From: Oligoflexia bacterium
Lineage (GTDB): Bacteria > Bdellovibrionota > UBA1018
Reading direction: 5' to 3'
DNA length: 28,947 nt
NCBI GenBank assembly: GCA_903928955.1
Contig: CAIYTD010000139.1
Span: 1 to 28,947, forward strand
Each line of letters opens with the position of its first letter. Within the stretch, counting starts at the first letter, position 1. Under the pieces are notes generated by a model. The model searched no databases. It had not been told where the DNA came from and saw only the letters and a program-made list of their open reading frames with translations. The translations under genes were made by a program, and so were the position numbers. Positions 7,137 to 16,983 of this stretch are shown piece by piece.

Positions 7137-9365
7137 TCAGGATAAAAATAAGATTTCTCTATATTTTGGCAATGGCCAATAATCATCTGCAACTACTGAT
7201 TCTAGTTCATCACAGATAGTCCGCAGATCAGCCATCATCCCAGCTACTTCTATTGAAAAACCCCTGGCTTGATCTTTTTCGCTCTTTTGCGATTCGACGT
7301 GAAGTAGAATCGCATCTAAACGCGTTCGCTTAGCTTGAATAGATTCCAGTAAGACACCAAGGCGACTCATGACCTCCGCTTGAGGAACTGCTCCACCCAG
7401 TGACTTTGCTGCGTGTGCTGCGTTTGCCAATAAACCGTAATAAGCAAGTGCACAAGGTAAGATCTGGGTATCCACTATAGATTTGAGAGTATCTACTTCA
7501 ATCAGCATATTTTTTATATAACGCTCTATCCTCACATGAAATCGCGATACTAATTCTGCCTCTGAAAAAACATTCAATCGAGATAGCATTTCTTTTGAAC
7601 GCAAAGTAACTAGCTCGTCTAAAGCCTCGGGTGTCTTGCGAAGGTGCGGAAGTCCGCGCTGAATTGCCTCTTTGAGCCATTCCTCCGAATAGTTATTCCC
7701 TTCAAATCGAATGGCACGCGTCTCATAAATCGTCTCACGAACGAGTTCCAGAACAGCTGCCTCGATTCCTGAAGAAGACTTCTCCTTCTTTTTCAGTGCT
7801 TCCACCAGATCTGAAAAAGCATCTGCCACAGCTGCATTCAATAAAGTTACCGGAAAAGCAGTGGAAGCAGAAGAACCTACAGCTCTGAACTCAAATTTAT
7901 TTCCTGTAAAAGCAAAAGGAGATGTCCTATTTCGGTCTGTATTATCTTTCATGACCTCAGGAAGCTGACTCAATCCCAACTGAATGATTGCAGCTTCAGG
8001 ACTTTGCTGAGATCCCATCCCTTGCTCCAAATCATTCAAAATACGATTCAGAAGGTCTCCTAAAAATACAGAAATAATTGCAGGAGGAGCCTCATTGGCT
8101 CCTAGACGATGATCATTTCCAGCTGAAGCAATACCCGCCCTCAAAAGTCCAGCATGCTTTTGAACCCCTTTCAAAATTCCAGCCAAAATAAGAAGAAATC
8201 GAATATTATGTTGAGGAGTCTTTCCTGGATCGAGTAAATTCTCTCCATCCAAACCCGAACCGCTCGCAGAAATCGTGAGCGCCCAATTATTGTGCTTCCC
8301 ACTTCCATTAATTCCAGCAAATGGCTTTTCATGAAGTAAAACGCTAAAACCATGGCGGATAGAAACTTTTCTAAGAATCTCCATAGTCAGCTGATTATGG
8401 TCTGTTGCAATATTGGCTTCTTCAAAAATAGGGGCAGTCTCAAACTGGCTGGGAGCAACCTCATTATGCCGAGTTTTAACGGGAACACCCAATTTATAAA
8501 GCTCATATTCTACTTCGCTCATAAAAGCCTGAACTCGAGCTGGGATACTTCCAAAATAATGATCTTCTAACTGCTGACCTTTAGGCGGCTGCCCACCTAC
8601 AAGAGTTCGACCCGTCATCAACAGATCGGGCCGAAGATGATGAAAGGCGCGATCAATCAAAAAATATTCTTGTTCTACCCCCAGAGTGGGAACAACACGT
8701 TTAACACCCGAGTATCCTAATAAATGTAAAAGCTCGGTCGCCTTTTGCGAAAGAACTTCTATGCTTCTCAAAAGGCCGGTTTTTTCATCCAAAGCATGGC
8801 CATAATAACTAATAAATACTGATGGGATACACAGAGTCTTTCCATTCACGTGCTCCATGATAAAAACTGGACTAGAGGGATCCCAAGCTGTGTAACCTCT
8901 CGCTTCAAAAGTCGTTCGCATTCCACCGGAAGGAAAACTAGAGGCATCTGGCTCACTTTGAATCAGCTGAGCACCCGAAAACTTCTCTAATGTCCGATTA
9001 TTGTCGTCAAAACTAATAAAAGCATCATGCTTTTCAGCAGTTGATCCCGTCTGAGGTTGAAACCAATGACAGAAATGAGTCACTCCTCTCAACATTGCCC
9101 ATTCTTTGATCGCATGGGCGACTGTATGAGCGATAGCACTGTCTAATTTTTTCCCAGTTTCAATCGTTGAAATGAGCTGAGTATAAATGTCTTTAGGTAA
9201 TTTCTCCTTCATTTTATGAATATCAAATGTATTCACGCCATAAAATTCAGAAACTCTGAGCTTTTTCCCATGCTCATCCTGTGGCAGATCAAACTGACGA
9301 GGCAAACGTAAATGAATTTCGCTGATTACCTTGAATCGAGCTTTTGCTCCAGCTCCCATGCCCAT
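7137..9365 (-). CDS. glnA: Glutamine synthetase type III (GlnN-like)
   Basis: GSIII-specific motifs HWFQPQTGSTAEKHDAF, EPDASSFPSGGMRTTFEARGYTAWD, EQEYFL, HNEVAPSQFE, HEKPFAGINGSGKHNNW, DHRLGANEAPP, NRTSPFAFTGNKFEFRAVG and WPLPKYREILF. AAGGAGA RBS 5 nt before ATG 9365 (742 aa). Confidence 0.95.
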   Translation of the reverse strand: MGMGAGAKARFKVISEIHLRLPRQFDLPQDEHGKKLRVSEFYGVNTFDIHKMKEKLPKDIYTQLISTIETGKKLDSAIAHTVAHAIKEWAMLRGVTHFCHWFQPQTGSTAEKHDAFISFDDNNRTLEKFSGAQLIQSEPDASSFPSGGMRTTFEARGYTAWDPSSPVFIMEHVNGKTLCIPSVFISYYGHALDEKTGLLRSIEVLSQKATELLHLLGYSGVKRVVPTLGVEQEYFLIDRAFHHLRPDLLMTGRTLVGGQPPKGQQLEDHYFGSIPARVQAFMSEVEYELYKLGVPVKTRHNEVAPSQFETAPIFEEANIATDHNQLTMEILRKVSIRHGFSVLLHEKPFAGINGSGKHNNWALTISASGSGLDGENLLDPGKTPQHNIRFLLILAGILKGVQKHAGLLRAGIASAGNDHRLGANEAPPAIISVFLGDLLNRILNDLEQGMGSQQSPEAAIIQLGLSQLPEVMKDNTDRNRTSPFAFTGNKFEFRAVGSSASTAFPVTLLNAAVADAFSDLVEALKKKEKSSSGIEAAVLELVRETIYETRAIRFEGNNYSEEWLKEAIQRGLPHLRKTPEALDELVTLRSKEMLSRLNVFSEAELVSRFHVRIERYIKNMLIEVDTLKSIVDTQILPCALAYYGLLANAAHAAKSLGGAVPQAEVMSRLGVLLESIQAKRTRLDAILLHVESQKSEKDQARGFSIEVAGMMADLRTICDELESVVADDYWPLPKYREILFLS

Positions 9366-9437
9366 GAGTTTCTCCTTGAATGCGCGTTTGCAAACAGTCA
9401 TAGCTGAGCTCAAGCAAAAATTCTAGATAGATCGAAA

Positions 9438-11336
9438 CTATTCCAAACTCTGCAATACAGATTCCGCTTCCTCGATCCACCGAGGCAACTGACTGCCTGC
9501 ACTAGAATCAGCTATTCCACCGCTCGAACTAGAAAATCGCACCAAATCAGCGAACTCTAGAATAGAAGCAATCTGATCCCATCTATTTGCTTTCAATCCC
9601 TTCGCTTCTAAAAAAAGCTGTTTCATCTGTTCTCGCGATAGAGAACGCACACTAACTGAAAGGGCATCTTCAAGCGCATCAAAAATAATTTCAGTTAGTT
9701 TTTCATAAGACTGAATCACATCCCACTCAGATGCACCGTAGCTGGGAGTCTGAGAAAAACTTCGAAGTTGATCTAAGGCTTTCTTATGATTTTTCGCGCC
9801 ATTCACCCTGCGCTTCCGCTTCCTTTGCTGGATCCGTTTCATCGTATCTACTGAAATCCCTGCCCCCAAAAGCAAAAAAACACTAGCAGCAGAAAAATAG
9901 AGCACCTTCTCCAAAGTCTTAAATTCAGATCGACTAGAAACTGAAAAAGGACCCTTCAGTGGCTTCAATTCCTCCATTTCATCAGTAGAAGCAGAAGGAG
10001 TTGAAAGAGATAACGGTGCCTTTTTAGATGCAGGCACTAAATGCGATCCCGGAAGTGGATCTAAAATATTTAACTCCACTGGATCTGTAGTTAAAGGATA
10101 ATATTTTTTTTGAACTGAACTAAAAAAACCGAATTCTAAAGGGGGTAGTTTTAATTTACCTGGGACACGGGGTATCAATAGAAATTCAAAAACTTTTTCT
10201 CCCACTCCACTCTTACTGGATTGCGATCGCCCTTTTGAATCATAAAGCTCGATTCCATCAGGCCATTGCGTTTTAGGTTGTTGAATCGCAGCTAAATTTC
10301 CTTTTCCCTCTACCTTGACTGTTAATGTCACTGCTTCATTGGCATGCACTTCATATCGATCAACTGCTGAAATAACAGTAAAATCTCCGACTCCGCCGAC
10401 AAAACTCTCGGGTCGATCCTTTTCCGGCAAGGGAAGCACTTCCATCTCAATCCGATTACTTTGCCCTTCGGCGGTTCTGGCAGTTAATTGACGAAAAACT
10501 CCTAAAAAAGGATCATCATCATCAGAAAGTGATTCGTGTTGATTAGAATAGTAATTATATTTTAAAGCAATAGAATCAATTGCCAATTTTCCTTCCTGAA
10601 GCGGATATGCAGCATATCTTGCCAAGAGATAACGATCATAAAACTCGCCTTTAAATTGAGCGGGTTCAGAAGTTAAACCTTGACCCATCACAGGAATCTC
10701 TAAATCTTCTCTCAAAAATCCAGCTAAAATGGGAAATTTATCAATCTGTAGATTGATAACCTTCATTTGGTGATAAAGATAATAGCTTACGATAATTTGT
10801 TCGCCTTTATAAGCGGTTGTTTTATCTACCTCTGCGCGAACGAAAGCGCGGTTTCCAGTATCTCTTTTATTGAGTTTATTATTGGGTTGCTGAGACCTTT
10901 GATTGGAAGATGCAGAAGACCCAGAAGCTCCTACTTGAATAGTGAGGTCAGGAGAACGAATCACTTGAGTGCCTAGATCTAGCCGAATATTCTTAATTTT
11001 TAAAGTGCCCGACTTGGTGGGTCGCAATACTTTAGTGAGTTGCTGAGTATTTACTACTGAAAATTGACCTAAATGGGAGTCATATTGTGAATTCACAGAA
11101 ATGGAATTATATTGACTAACCACTTCAAAATCAGGAGCATCAAATTCCGGCGCAGCGGTTCGAGTACTATTATCTGTTTTGATGATCAAATGAAATGTAA
11201 CCGATTCATCTTGAGAAATTTGATTTTGTTCAACCTGCGCCTGGAATTGAACATCCCCTGCAAAAGCGAATGAGCAAAAGAATAATAATGCCAGATTAAA
11301 ATTACCAATCCTTTGGATTATTTTGATTTTTTCCAT
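9438..11336 (-). CDS. batD: BatD-family protein (exported beta-rich repeats plus C-terminal TM)
   Basis: 632 aa with an N-terminal signal-like segment (LALLFFCSFAFA), repeated 'V-D/E-x-x-x-x-x-x-G/N-E' beta modules (AEVDKTTAYKGEQI; AVDRYEVHANEAVTLTVKVEGKGNL), LPLPEKDRPESFVGGVGDF and a TM near residue 480. Last gene of the Bat cluster. Confidence 0.85.
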   Translation of the reverse strand: MEKIKIIQRIGNFNLALLFFCSFAFAGDVQFQAQVEQNQISQDESVTFHLIIKTDNSTRTAAPEFDAPDFEVVSQYNSISVNSQYDSHLGQFSVVNTQQLTKVLRPTKSGTLKIKNIRLDLGTQVIRSPDLTIQVGASGSSASSNQRSQQPNNKLNKRDTGNRAFVRAEVDKTTAYKGEQIIVSYYLYHQMKVINLQIDKFPILAGFLREDLEIPVMGQGLTSEPAQFKGEFYDRYLLARYAAYPLQEGKLAIDSIALKYNYYSNQHESLSDDDDPFLGVFRQLTARTAEGQSNRIEMEVLPLPEKDRPESFVGGVGDFTVISAVDRYEVHANEAVTLTVKVEGKGNLAAIQQPKTQWPDGIELYDSKGRSQSSKSGVGEKVFEFLLIPRVPGKLKLPPLEFGFFSSVQKKYYPLTTDPVELNILDPLPGSHLVPASKKAPLSLSTPSASTDEMEELKPLKGPFSVSSRSEFKTLEKVLYFSAASVFLLLGAGISVDTMKRIQQRKRKRRVNGAKNHKKALDQLRSFSQTPSYGASEWDVIQSYEKLTEIIFDALEDALSVSVRSLSREQMKQLFLEAKGLKANRWDQIASILEFADLVRFSSSSGGIADSSAGSQLPRWIEEAESVLQSLE

Positions 11337-13086
11337 GGTGTACTTGGAGCTTCTCCTGGAGTTGCTTCTCCTTGCCAGTCAGTTCCGACATCACACGATC
11401 TACGTCATCTTGAGTCATTTTTTGAGATTTAAATTTACCTTGCTGAGGCTTTTGAAACATTTTCTCTTCGTTCTGATTCTTCTGACCCTTCTGACTTTTT
11501 TGATCCGATTGACTTTGGTTTTCTTTTTTAGGCTCTTGCTTTTTTTCTTCTTCTTTCTTTTCTTCCTGCTGTTTTTTCTCCTGCTTTTTTATTTCCTGGA
11601 TAGACAGTTGGAGATTTTTCCTTGCTTCCAATTCCAGCTTCAAATTTTTAGATTTCTGAGCAGCTTCAATCGCTTCAGCATAAGATTGAATCGAATTTTT
11701 TACATCCCCTTTTTTTAAAAAAGCTTGACCCAAATTATATTTGGACTTTGCAATTAAATCTTGATTCCCTCTACTCTCTGCAAATCGAGCAGAATTTTGA
11801 AACGATTCCACTGCATGATCACTTTCTCCTTGCTGCAACTGAACCAATCCCTGATTAAACTCTAATTCTGGAAGACTGGGATCGCGCGCCTGAGCTTCGC
11901 CAAAACTCTTCTGGGCATCTTCCATTCTGCCCTCTTGAAAAGCTTGAATACCCTTCTTATTTTCTAAATAGGCGTCTAATGGTGCTGGCTTTTTAAATGG
12001 ATCTGCTGCTAGAACTTCATGATTTCCTAAAAATCCAAACATCAATACTAGGAGCGCAAGTATTTTTCGAGCAGGCATAGAAATCTCAATTAAGAAAAGG
12101 ATTATGGCAAAAAACAGTGGAATTTGAAATCTTTCATCATAAACACGATAGCGGCGTTCCGTATAATCAGATCGATTCAATGCTCCCGCTTCTCGAAGGA
12201 TCTCCTCTACTTCGCCTTCACCATCAGTCACATCCCAGTACTTCCCTCCTGAAGCCTTTGCAAGCTGAGCCAACGAATCCGGATGAAACTCACTCATAAC
12301 GACTTTTCCCGCTTCATCTCGCTTAAAGCCAACTGTATTTCCAGCTTCATTTTGAATAGGGATAGGCGCTCCTTTTTGAGTCCCGACACCTAAAATATAG
12401 AGGCGCACTCCACTTTCACGAATCTGAGAAGCAAGATCCATCGCGTGCCCTTCCAGATCTTCCCCGTCAGTAATTAAAATCACGATATTCGAAGATGCAA
12501 TATTGGGAGACGCAGAAACTCTCTCCTGGCTGCCTCTCTCAATGGCTTTCAACGCAGTCTCGATTCCAGCCCCTAAGTCAGTTCCTTGATTTTGAATCAT
12601 CTTAGGATTTAAAGTTTCAACTGTATCCCAAACATACGAAAGATCTGTAGTCAAAGGACAAGCCACATAAGTGCTTGCAGCAAAAGCGACAAGCCCCACT
12701 CGATCTCCTTCTAAACCACTTAAAAGAGATCGAATTAAATGCTTTGCCTTTTGTAAACGACTCGGAACTACATCTTCTGCCAGCATGCTATTGGAAACAT
12801 CTAAATTAATGACAACATCTAAACCGGCTACCTGTACAGTGTCTTCATGACTGCCATACATAGGTTGTGCTAAAGCCAAAAGCAGAAAACTCCAAGCAAG
12901 AAGCCAAATGCGAGCCTTTTTAAGTCGACAACTAAAATCTAATTCAGGAGAGATCAGAGGCCAAAGCCCACGCTGAGCAAAAGACTCAAACTGGGATTGT
13001 TTTCTCTGTTCATCTCTAAAAATGAGAAAATAAAAGATCGGAATGAGTAATAGGCCCCAAAGCCATATAGGAGATAGAAATTTCAA
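11302..13086 (-). CDS. batB: BatB-BatC fusion: VWA (MIDAS) domain, TPR repeats and Q/K/E-rich tail
   Basis: Probable TTG start at 13086 (MKFLSPIWLWGLLLIP), overlapping the batA stop as TTGA, with GGAGG upstream. VWA with DVSNS...GTD...TDGED, TPR-like repeats (LEFNQG, SKYNLG, EARKNL), a low-complexity tail and a C-terminal KDW typical of BatC. Confidence 0.88.
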   Translation of the reverse strand: MKFLSPIWLWGLLLIPIFYFLIFRDEQRKQSQFESFAQRGLWPLISPELDFSCRLKKARIWLLAWSFLLLALAQPMYGSHEDTVQVAGLDVVINLDVSNSMLAEDVVPSRLQKAKHLIRSLLSGLEGDRVGLVAFAASTYVACPLTTDLSYVWDTVETLNPKMIQNQGTDLGAGIETALKAIERGSQERVSASPNIASSNIVILITDGEDLEGHAMDLASQIRESGVRLYILGVGTQKGAPIPIQNEAGNTVGFKRDEAGKVVMSEFHPDSLAQLAKASGGKYWDVTDGEGEVEEILREAGALNRSDYTERRYRVYDERFQIPLFFAIILFLIEISMPARKILALLVLMFGFLGNHEVLAADPFKKPAPLDAYLENKKGIQAFQEGRMEDAQKSFGEAQARDPSLPELEFNQGLVQLQQGESDHAVESFQNSARFAESRGNQDLIAKSKYNLGQAFLKKGDVKNSIQSYAEAIEAAQKSKNLKLELEARKNLQLSIQEIKKQEKKQQEEKKEEEKKQEPKKENQSQSDQKSQKGQKNQNEEKMFQKPQQGKFKSQKMTQDDVDRVMSELTGKEKQLQEKLQVHHGKNQNNPKDW

Positions 13087-14066
13087 GGAATCATCCTCCA
13101 CCCTACTCTCTCCAAAATTTGAGCGAGTAGAAGTACAAAAAGACCAATCTTCAATGGCCACTCATACTTTTCTTCATATCTTATTTTTTCTTTAATTTTT
13201 TGCTCACTCCTCTCCAGCTGATCAATTTCTTTAAAAACTGAAGTCAAAGTAGTTTCATCGGTCACGCGATAAAATTTCCCTCCTGTTGTAGTTGCAATGA
13301 TTTGAAGAAGCTCAGGATTCAAAGCATTATCAAACCACTGATAAGTGAGGACCTCTTTTCCAAAAATACCGCGATGCCGAATTGGCATCTTGACCCGACC
13401 CTCACGGCCTATTGCAATGGTATAAACTTTAATTCCGTAACCGGCTGCTAACTCTCCTGCTGTTGCAGGATCTACTTGCCCAAGATTATTATCTCCATCT
13501 GTTAATAAAATAATAACTCGACTTTTTGCTTTTGAAGTTCGAAGATGATTGACAGTCAACGATAAACCATCGCCAATAGCAGTTCCATCTTTTAGTATTC
13601 CCGTAGATGCTTGGTGAATGGCTCGCAACAACAATCCATAATCCAAAGTAGGAGGAGCCATTGTCAAAGGCTCACCACTAAAAATAACAAATCCAATGCG
13701 ATCACTTTGACGACCTTTCACAAAATCGTCCAAAGTATCTTTCGCAACTTCTAGTCGAGAACGTTCAGCAAGATCTTCGATGTTCATACTAGCAGATACA
13801 TCTAGAAGCATCATGATATCAATTCCGCTAGTAGATCGATCAATTTGATGAAAACTCGACTGTGGCCTAGCCATTGCGAGTATCAAAAACGCCAATCCAA
13901 TATATTTAACTCCTAGTAAAATTTTAATAGGATTATTCAGAGCGATAGATTTGTGAATAGGAACAGAAAATTGAACTCGAGCTGATCTATTTCGCCTGAC
14001 CCACCAGCGATGCAGCAAAGGAATAAGAATGAGGAAAAAGAGAACCGGCCAATTAGCGAGACGCAT
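13083..14066 (-). CDS. batA: BatA-family VWA membrane protein
   Basis: 327 aa with an N-terminal double-TM region (LILAMARP), MIDAS DVSAS, GTAIGDGL, LLTDGDNNLG, VYTIAIG, TTGGKFYR and a C-terminal TM. Confidence 0.92.
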   Translation of the reverse strand: MRLANWPVLFFLILIPLLHRWWVRRNRSARVQFSVPIHKSIALNNPIKILLGVKYIGLAFLILAMARPQSSFHQIDRSTSGIDIMMLLDVSASMNIEDLAERSRLEVAKDTLDDFVKGRQSDRIGFVIFSGEPLTMAPPTLDYGLLLRAIHQASTGILKDGTAIGDGLSLTVNHLRTSKAKSRVIILLTDGDNNLGQVDPATAGELAAGYGIKVYTIAIGREGRVKMPIRHRGIFGKEVLTYQWFDNALNPELLQIIATTTGGKFYRVTDETTLTSVFKEIDQLERSEQKIKEKIRYEEKYEWPLKIGLFVLLLAQILERVGWRMIP

Positions 14067-15075
14067 TCTCTAAGGCTCCTGTTTGAGTCGTTGACTTCGT
14101 CAAAAGAGTCGGTGACCGACGACTCATGAAAATATATTTTTTAGCATCTTCCATCAACTGAAGTGCCTCCTCTTTCACAGGTACACAATCTGTAAATTTA
14201 ACTCGATCTAAAGAAGTAAATAAGCTTTGAAGCTGATCCATCAATAATTGAGTGACTGCACCCTTCACATCCAATTGAGAAATGATTTCAGCAGTGGTCG
14301 ACTCACAAGCGTCAAATCGATAGCGTGCTCCAATATAAATTTTTAATATCTCAGAAATCCTAAAATAATAGGATTTATAATTCCCCAGTTCGAGAAAATT
14401 TTTGCTTGCAAGCTCCTCTAACTGACTCAGAGCAATTTCGTCTTCCGGCAAGACTACTAATGGGCTGCCGGAAATGCCTATTTTCTTTCTTCTCTTCCAG
14501 TAAAAATAGACACCATAAATCAAAGCAAAAACAAGAATAAAAGCAAACAAAAACAAAAAAGCGACAACCCAGAATGGAAACTGCAATCCTATAGGTGGTT
14601 CAAGCCCTTCGGGTTGATCGGGCCTGGGATCATTTGGCGAAATAGCAGAAGTGACTTCCACCGTAAAAGGTTGGGTACGAGCCACCCTTTTTCCATTTTG
14701 ATCTAAGAGAGGAAGCGAAGGGAGTGTTATTTTCCCTGGTTTAACCAGAGTTCCCAAAAAAATGTCCCGCTCTGAACCGGGTGGCGACTCCTGGATATTC
14801 CAACCTTGTTCTTCCAGATTTGGAATAGCTGGGATATCTACTTTCAATGGGACTGAGACTTCCTTTTGAATCACTTTTAAATGAATCTGATCCCCAACAA
14901 CTAAAATTGGAGAGGAAGCTTTTTGATCCCGAGTCCACTCTAAATCAACCGCGGGAAGAGCTAAAAAATCCGAATCAGATAAAGCAGGAGGTGCCTTCTC
15001 TATCGCATAAGAATCTATAAATGAGAAACAAACAGAGATCGCTAGGATGCAATTAATCTTCAGTATCCGGTTCAT
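14053..15075 (-). CDS. Bat-cluster single-pass membrane protein (BatD-like N-terminus, DUF4381-like C-terminus)
   Basis: 340 aa with a signal-like N-terminus, a TM (FWVVAFLFLFAFILVFALIYGVYFYW) followed by KRRKK, and a C-terminal YYFRISEILKIYIGARY...ESTTAEI...DRVKF. This is the gene usually found between DUF58 and batA. Confidence 0.7.
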   Translation of the reverse strand: MNRILKINCILAISVCFSFIDSYAIEKAPPALSDSDFLALPAVDLEWTRDQKASSPILVVGDQIHLKVIQKEVSVPLKVDIPAIPNLEEQGWNIQESPPGSERDIFLGTLVKPGKITLPSLPLLDQNGKRVARTQPFTVEVTSAISPNDPRPDQPEGLEPPIGLQFPFWVVAFLFLFAFILVFALIYGVYFYWKRRKKIGISGSPLVVLPEDEIALSQLEELASKNFLELGNYKSYYFRISEILKIYIGARYRFDACESTTAEIISQLDVKGAVTQLLMDQLQSLFTSLDRVKFTDCVPVKEEALQLMEDAKKYIFMSRRSPTLLTKSTTQTGALENASR

Positions 15076-15092
15076 CCATCAACCCCATTCCT

Positions 15093-15971
15093 TTAGCGCT
15101 TTCTCCGTGCGCGAGCACGAAAAAATCGTACCACGGCTTCTGCATAGTCATCCTTCGTCAAAATTTTCAAGACTTCAACACCACTCTTTTTGAATACATT
15201 TTTTTGATAAGTCTCTAGCCGCTCTTGCTCAGCCTGAAACCAATTTTTAAAAGCATAGGAGGATGTATTTACAAATCGTTCATCCCCTGTTTCGGGATCC
15301 ACAAATAAAATTTGACCTATATCAGGCATGATTTGTTCGCGTTCGTCCCCTAAAGATACAACCACTACATCATGAGTACTCGCAAGCCGCTTGAGAGCGC
15401 TTTCATATTTTTCCGCCCTAAAGTCACTTAAAATAAAAACGACTCCACTATGCTTCATAATCCGGCCAGTTGCGTCTAAAGCGACTGCTAACTGTGTACC
15501 TTTAGATTCAGGTGTATAGCTTAAAATATCACGAATCACTCTGAGAATATGCTGTTGACCTTTTTTAGGTGGAATAATTTTCTCCACCTTCCCAGCAAAA
15601 AGTAATACACCGACTTTATCGCCTGCATGAGAAGCTGCATATGCGAGCATGCCCCCTACTTGAGCTGCAATTTCAGATTTCAATTTCGCATGAGAACCAA
15701 ACCCATGAGAAGCAGAAATATCGACAACGATAAACACTGAAACTTCACGCTCTTCATCAAATTTCTTAACTAACGGTTCCCGAGTACGTGCACTGACATT
15801 CCAATTAATATGACGTACATCATCTCCCGGAACATAAAGTCGATGCTCTGAAAATTGAACCCCTTGCCCTTTAAAATGAGTCCGATATTGACCCGATAAA
15901 ACATCGTCAACTATCTTGCGGGTTGTAATTTCAATCAGCTTTACTTTGAGTAAAAGTTCCTTTGAAAGCAT
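15093..15971 (-). CDS. DUF58 protein (VWA-like MoxR partner)
   Basis: Motifs GQYRTHFKGQGVQFSEHRLYVPGDDVRHINWNVSAR, VKKFDEERE, DISAS, DKVG and ILSDF. Starts 3 nt after the moxR stop. Confidence 0.92.
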   Translation of the reverse strand: MLSKELLLKVKLIEITTRKIVDDVLSGQYRTHFKGQGVQFSEHRLYVPGDDVRHINWNVSARTREPLVKKFDEEREVSVFIVVDISASHGFGSHAKLKSEIAAQVGGMLAYAASHAGDKVGVLLFAGKVEKIIPPKKGQQHILRVIRDILSYTPESKGTQLAVALDATGRIMKHSGVVFILSDFRAEKYESALKRLASTHDVVVVSLGDEREQIMPDIGQILFVDPETGDERFVNTSSYAFKNWFQAEQERLETYQKNVFKKSGVEVLKILTKDDYAEAVVRFFRARARRKR

Positions 15972-15974
15972 TCT

Positions 15975-16967
15975 TTAGGGAACTTCTACATGTTCAAGAA
16001 TTTTTTTGATGACCTGCTCGCTGTCAATTCCATCTCCCTCTGCTTCAAAAGACAGGATAAGACGATGCCTTAGTACATCATAGGCAATGGATTTTACATC
16101 CTCTGGGGTCACAAATCCCCGGTGATGAATAAAAGCATTTGCGCGACTCGCTTTCGCAAGAGAGAGCGTTGCTCGAGGAGAAGCTCCCACTTGAATTTGC
16201 GACTTCAATTCTGGAATTCCTAGTTTTTCTGGAAACCTTGTCGCAAATACAATTCCTAAAATATAATCTTTCAATTTTTCATCCATATACACTTGGGAAC
16301 ATAATTGTCGAGCTTCTAAAATAGTGGATGGATGACATATTTTATTTGCTTTAGGCTGTACTACCCCTGACATGCGATTCAAAATACTTTTTTCTTCCAG
16401 CAATGTTGGGTAACCTACTCGAATTTTAAACAAGAAGCGATCGAGCTGCGCTTCAGGAAGCGGATAGGTCCCCTCTTGTTCAATCGGGTTCTGAGTTGCA
16501 AGTACGATAAAAAGTTCTTGCATCGGATAGGTTGTTTCACCGATGGTGACTTGATGTTCGCCCATTGCCTCCAACAATGCACTCTGGACTTTAGCCGGAG
16601 CTCGATTGATTTCATCAGCAAGAACTAAATTTGTAAAAATAGGGCCTTTTTTTGGAGTAAAATCACCTGTCTTCTGATTAAAAATCATGGTCCCAATTAA
16701 ATCAGCCGGTAATAAATCGGATGTAAATTGAATCCTTTGAAAATCACCATGAATAACATCCGCCAACGTTTTGATTGTGAGAGTTTTAGCCAACCCCGGC
16801 AAACCCTCCAACAAAACATGCCCATCGCAGAGCAAAGCAAGAAAGAGTCTCTCTAGGAGAACCTTTTGTCCTACAACTACCTTGAATGCTTCACTGAGCA
16901 CGGCATCTACAAATTGGCTTTTCTGTTTAATTTCTTCCGTTAATTGCTGCACATCGAGAGTAGACAT
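15975..16967 (-). CDS. moxR: MoxR-proper AAA+ ATPase
   Basis: Walker A GLPGLAKT, RIQFTSDLLPADLIG, Walker B LADEINRAPAKVQSALLEAM, ATQNPIEQEGTYPLPEAQLDRF, GASPRA and LRHRL. Probable start ATG 16967, 16 nt after the upstream stop. Confidence 0.96.
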   Translation of the reverse strand: MSTLDVQQLTEEIKQKSQFVDAVLSEAFKVVVGQKVLLERLFLALLCDGHVLLEGLPGLAKTLTIKTLADVIHGDFQRIQFTSDLLPADLIGTMIFNQKTGDFTPKKGPIFTNLVLADEINRAPAKVQSALLEAMGEHQVTIGETTYPMQELFIVLATQNPIEQEGTYPLPEAQLDRFLFKIRVGYPTLLEEKSILNRMSGVVQPKANKICHPSTILEARQLCSQVYMDEKLKDYILGIVFATRFPEKLGIPELKSQIQVGASPRATLSLAKASRANAFIHHRGFVTPEDVKSIAYDVLRHRLILSFEAEGDGIDSEQVIKKILEHVEVP

Positions 16968-16983
16968 AGAAAATACTATAACT

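Noticed and set aside
7113-7152. Imperfect 20-nt tandem repeat (ACCTTCAG twice) at the small ORF/GS junction
   Set aside because: Only 8 bp are exact and the rest is A-rich. With two copies spanning coding ends, it is too weak to call a repeat, centromere or insertion scar.
9366-9437. Possible sigma54/NtrC promoter for glutamine synthetase
   Set aside because: The TTGC elements present have no correctly spaced upstream GG.
11480-11600. Repetitive T/C-rich tract resembling a simple-sequence repeat or array
   Set aside because: It encodes the low-complexity KKQQEEKKEEEKK tail and has no fixed repeat-spacer structure, so it is not CRISPR or a VNTR.
11323-11718. 131-aa Phe/Leu-rich plus-strand ORF that looks like a membrane protein
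   Set aside because: It is the antisense shadow of the K/E/Q-rich BatC tail (AAA/GAA/CAA codons read as TTT/TTC/TTG). It has no RBS and lies almost entirely inside a well-supported gene.
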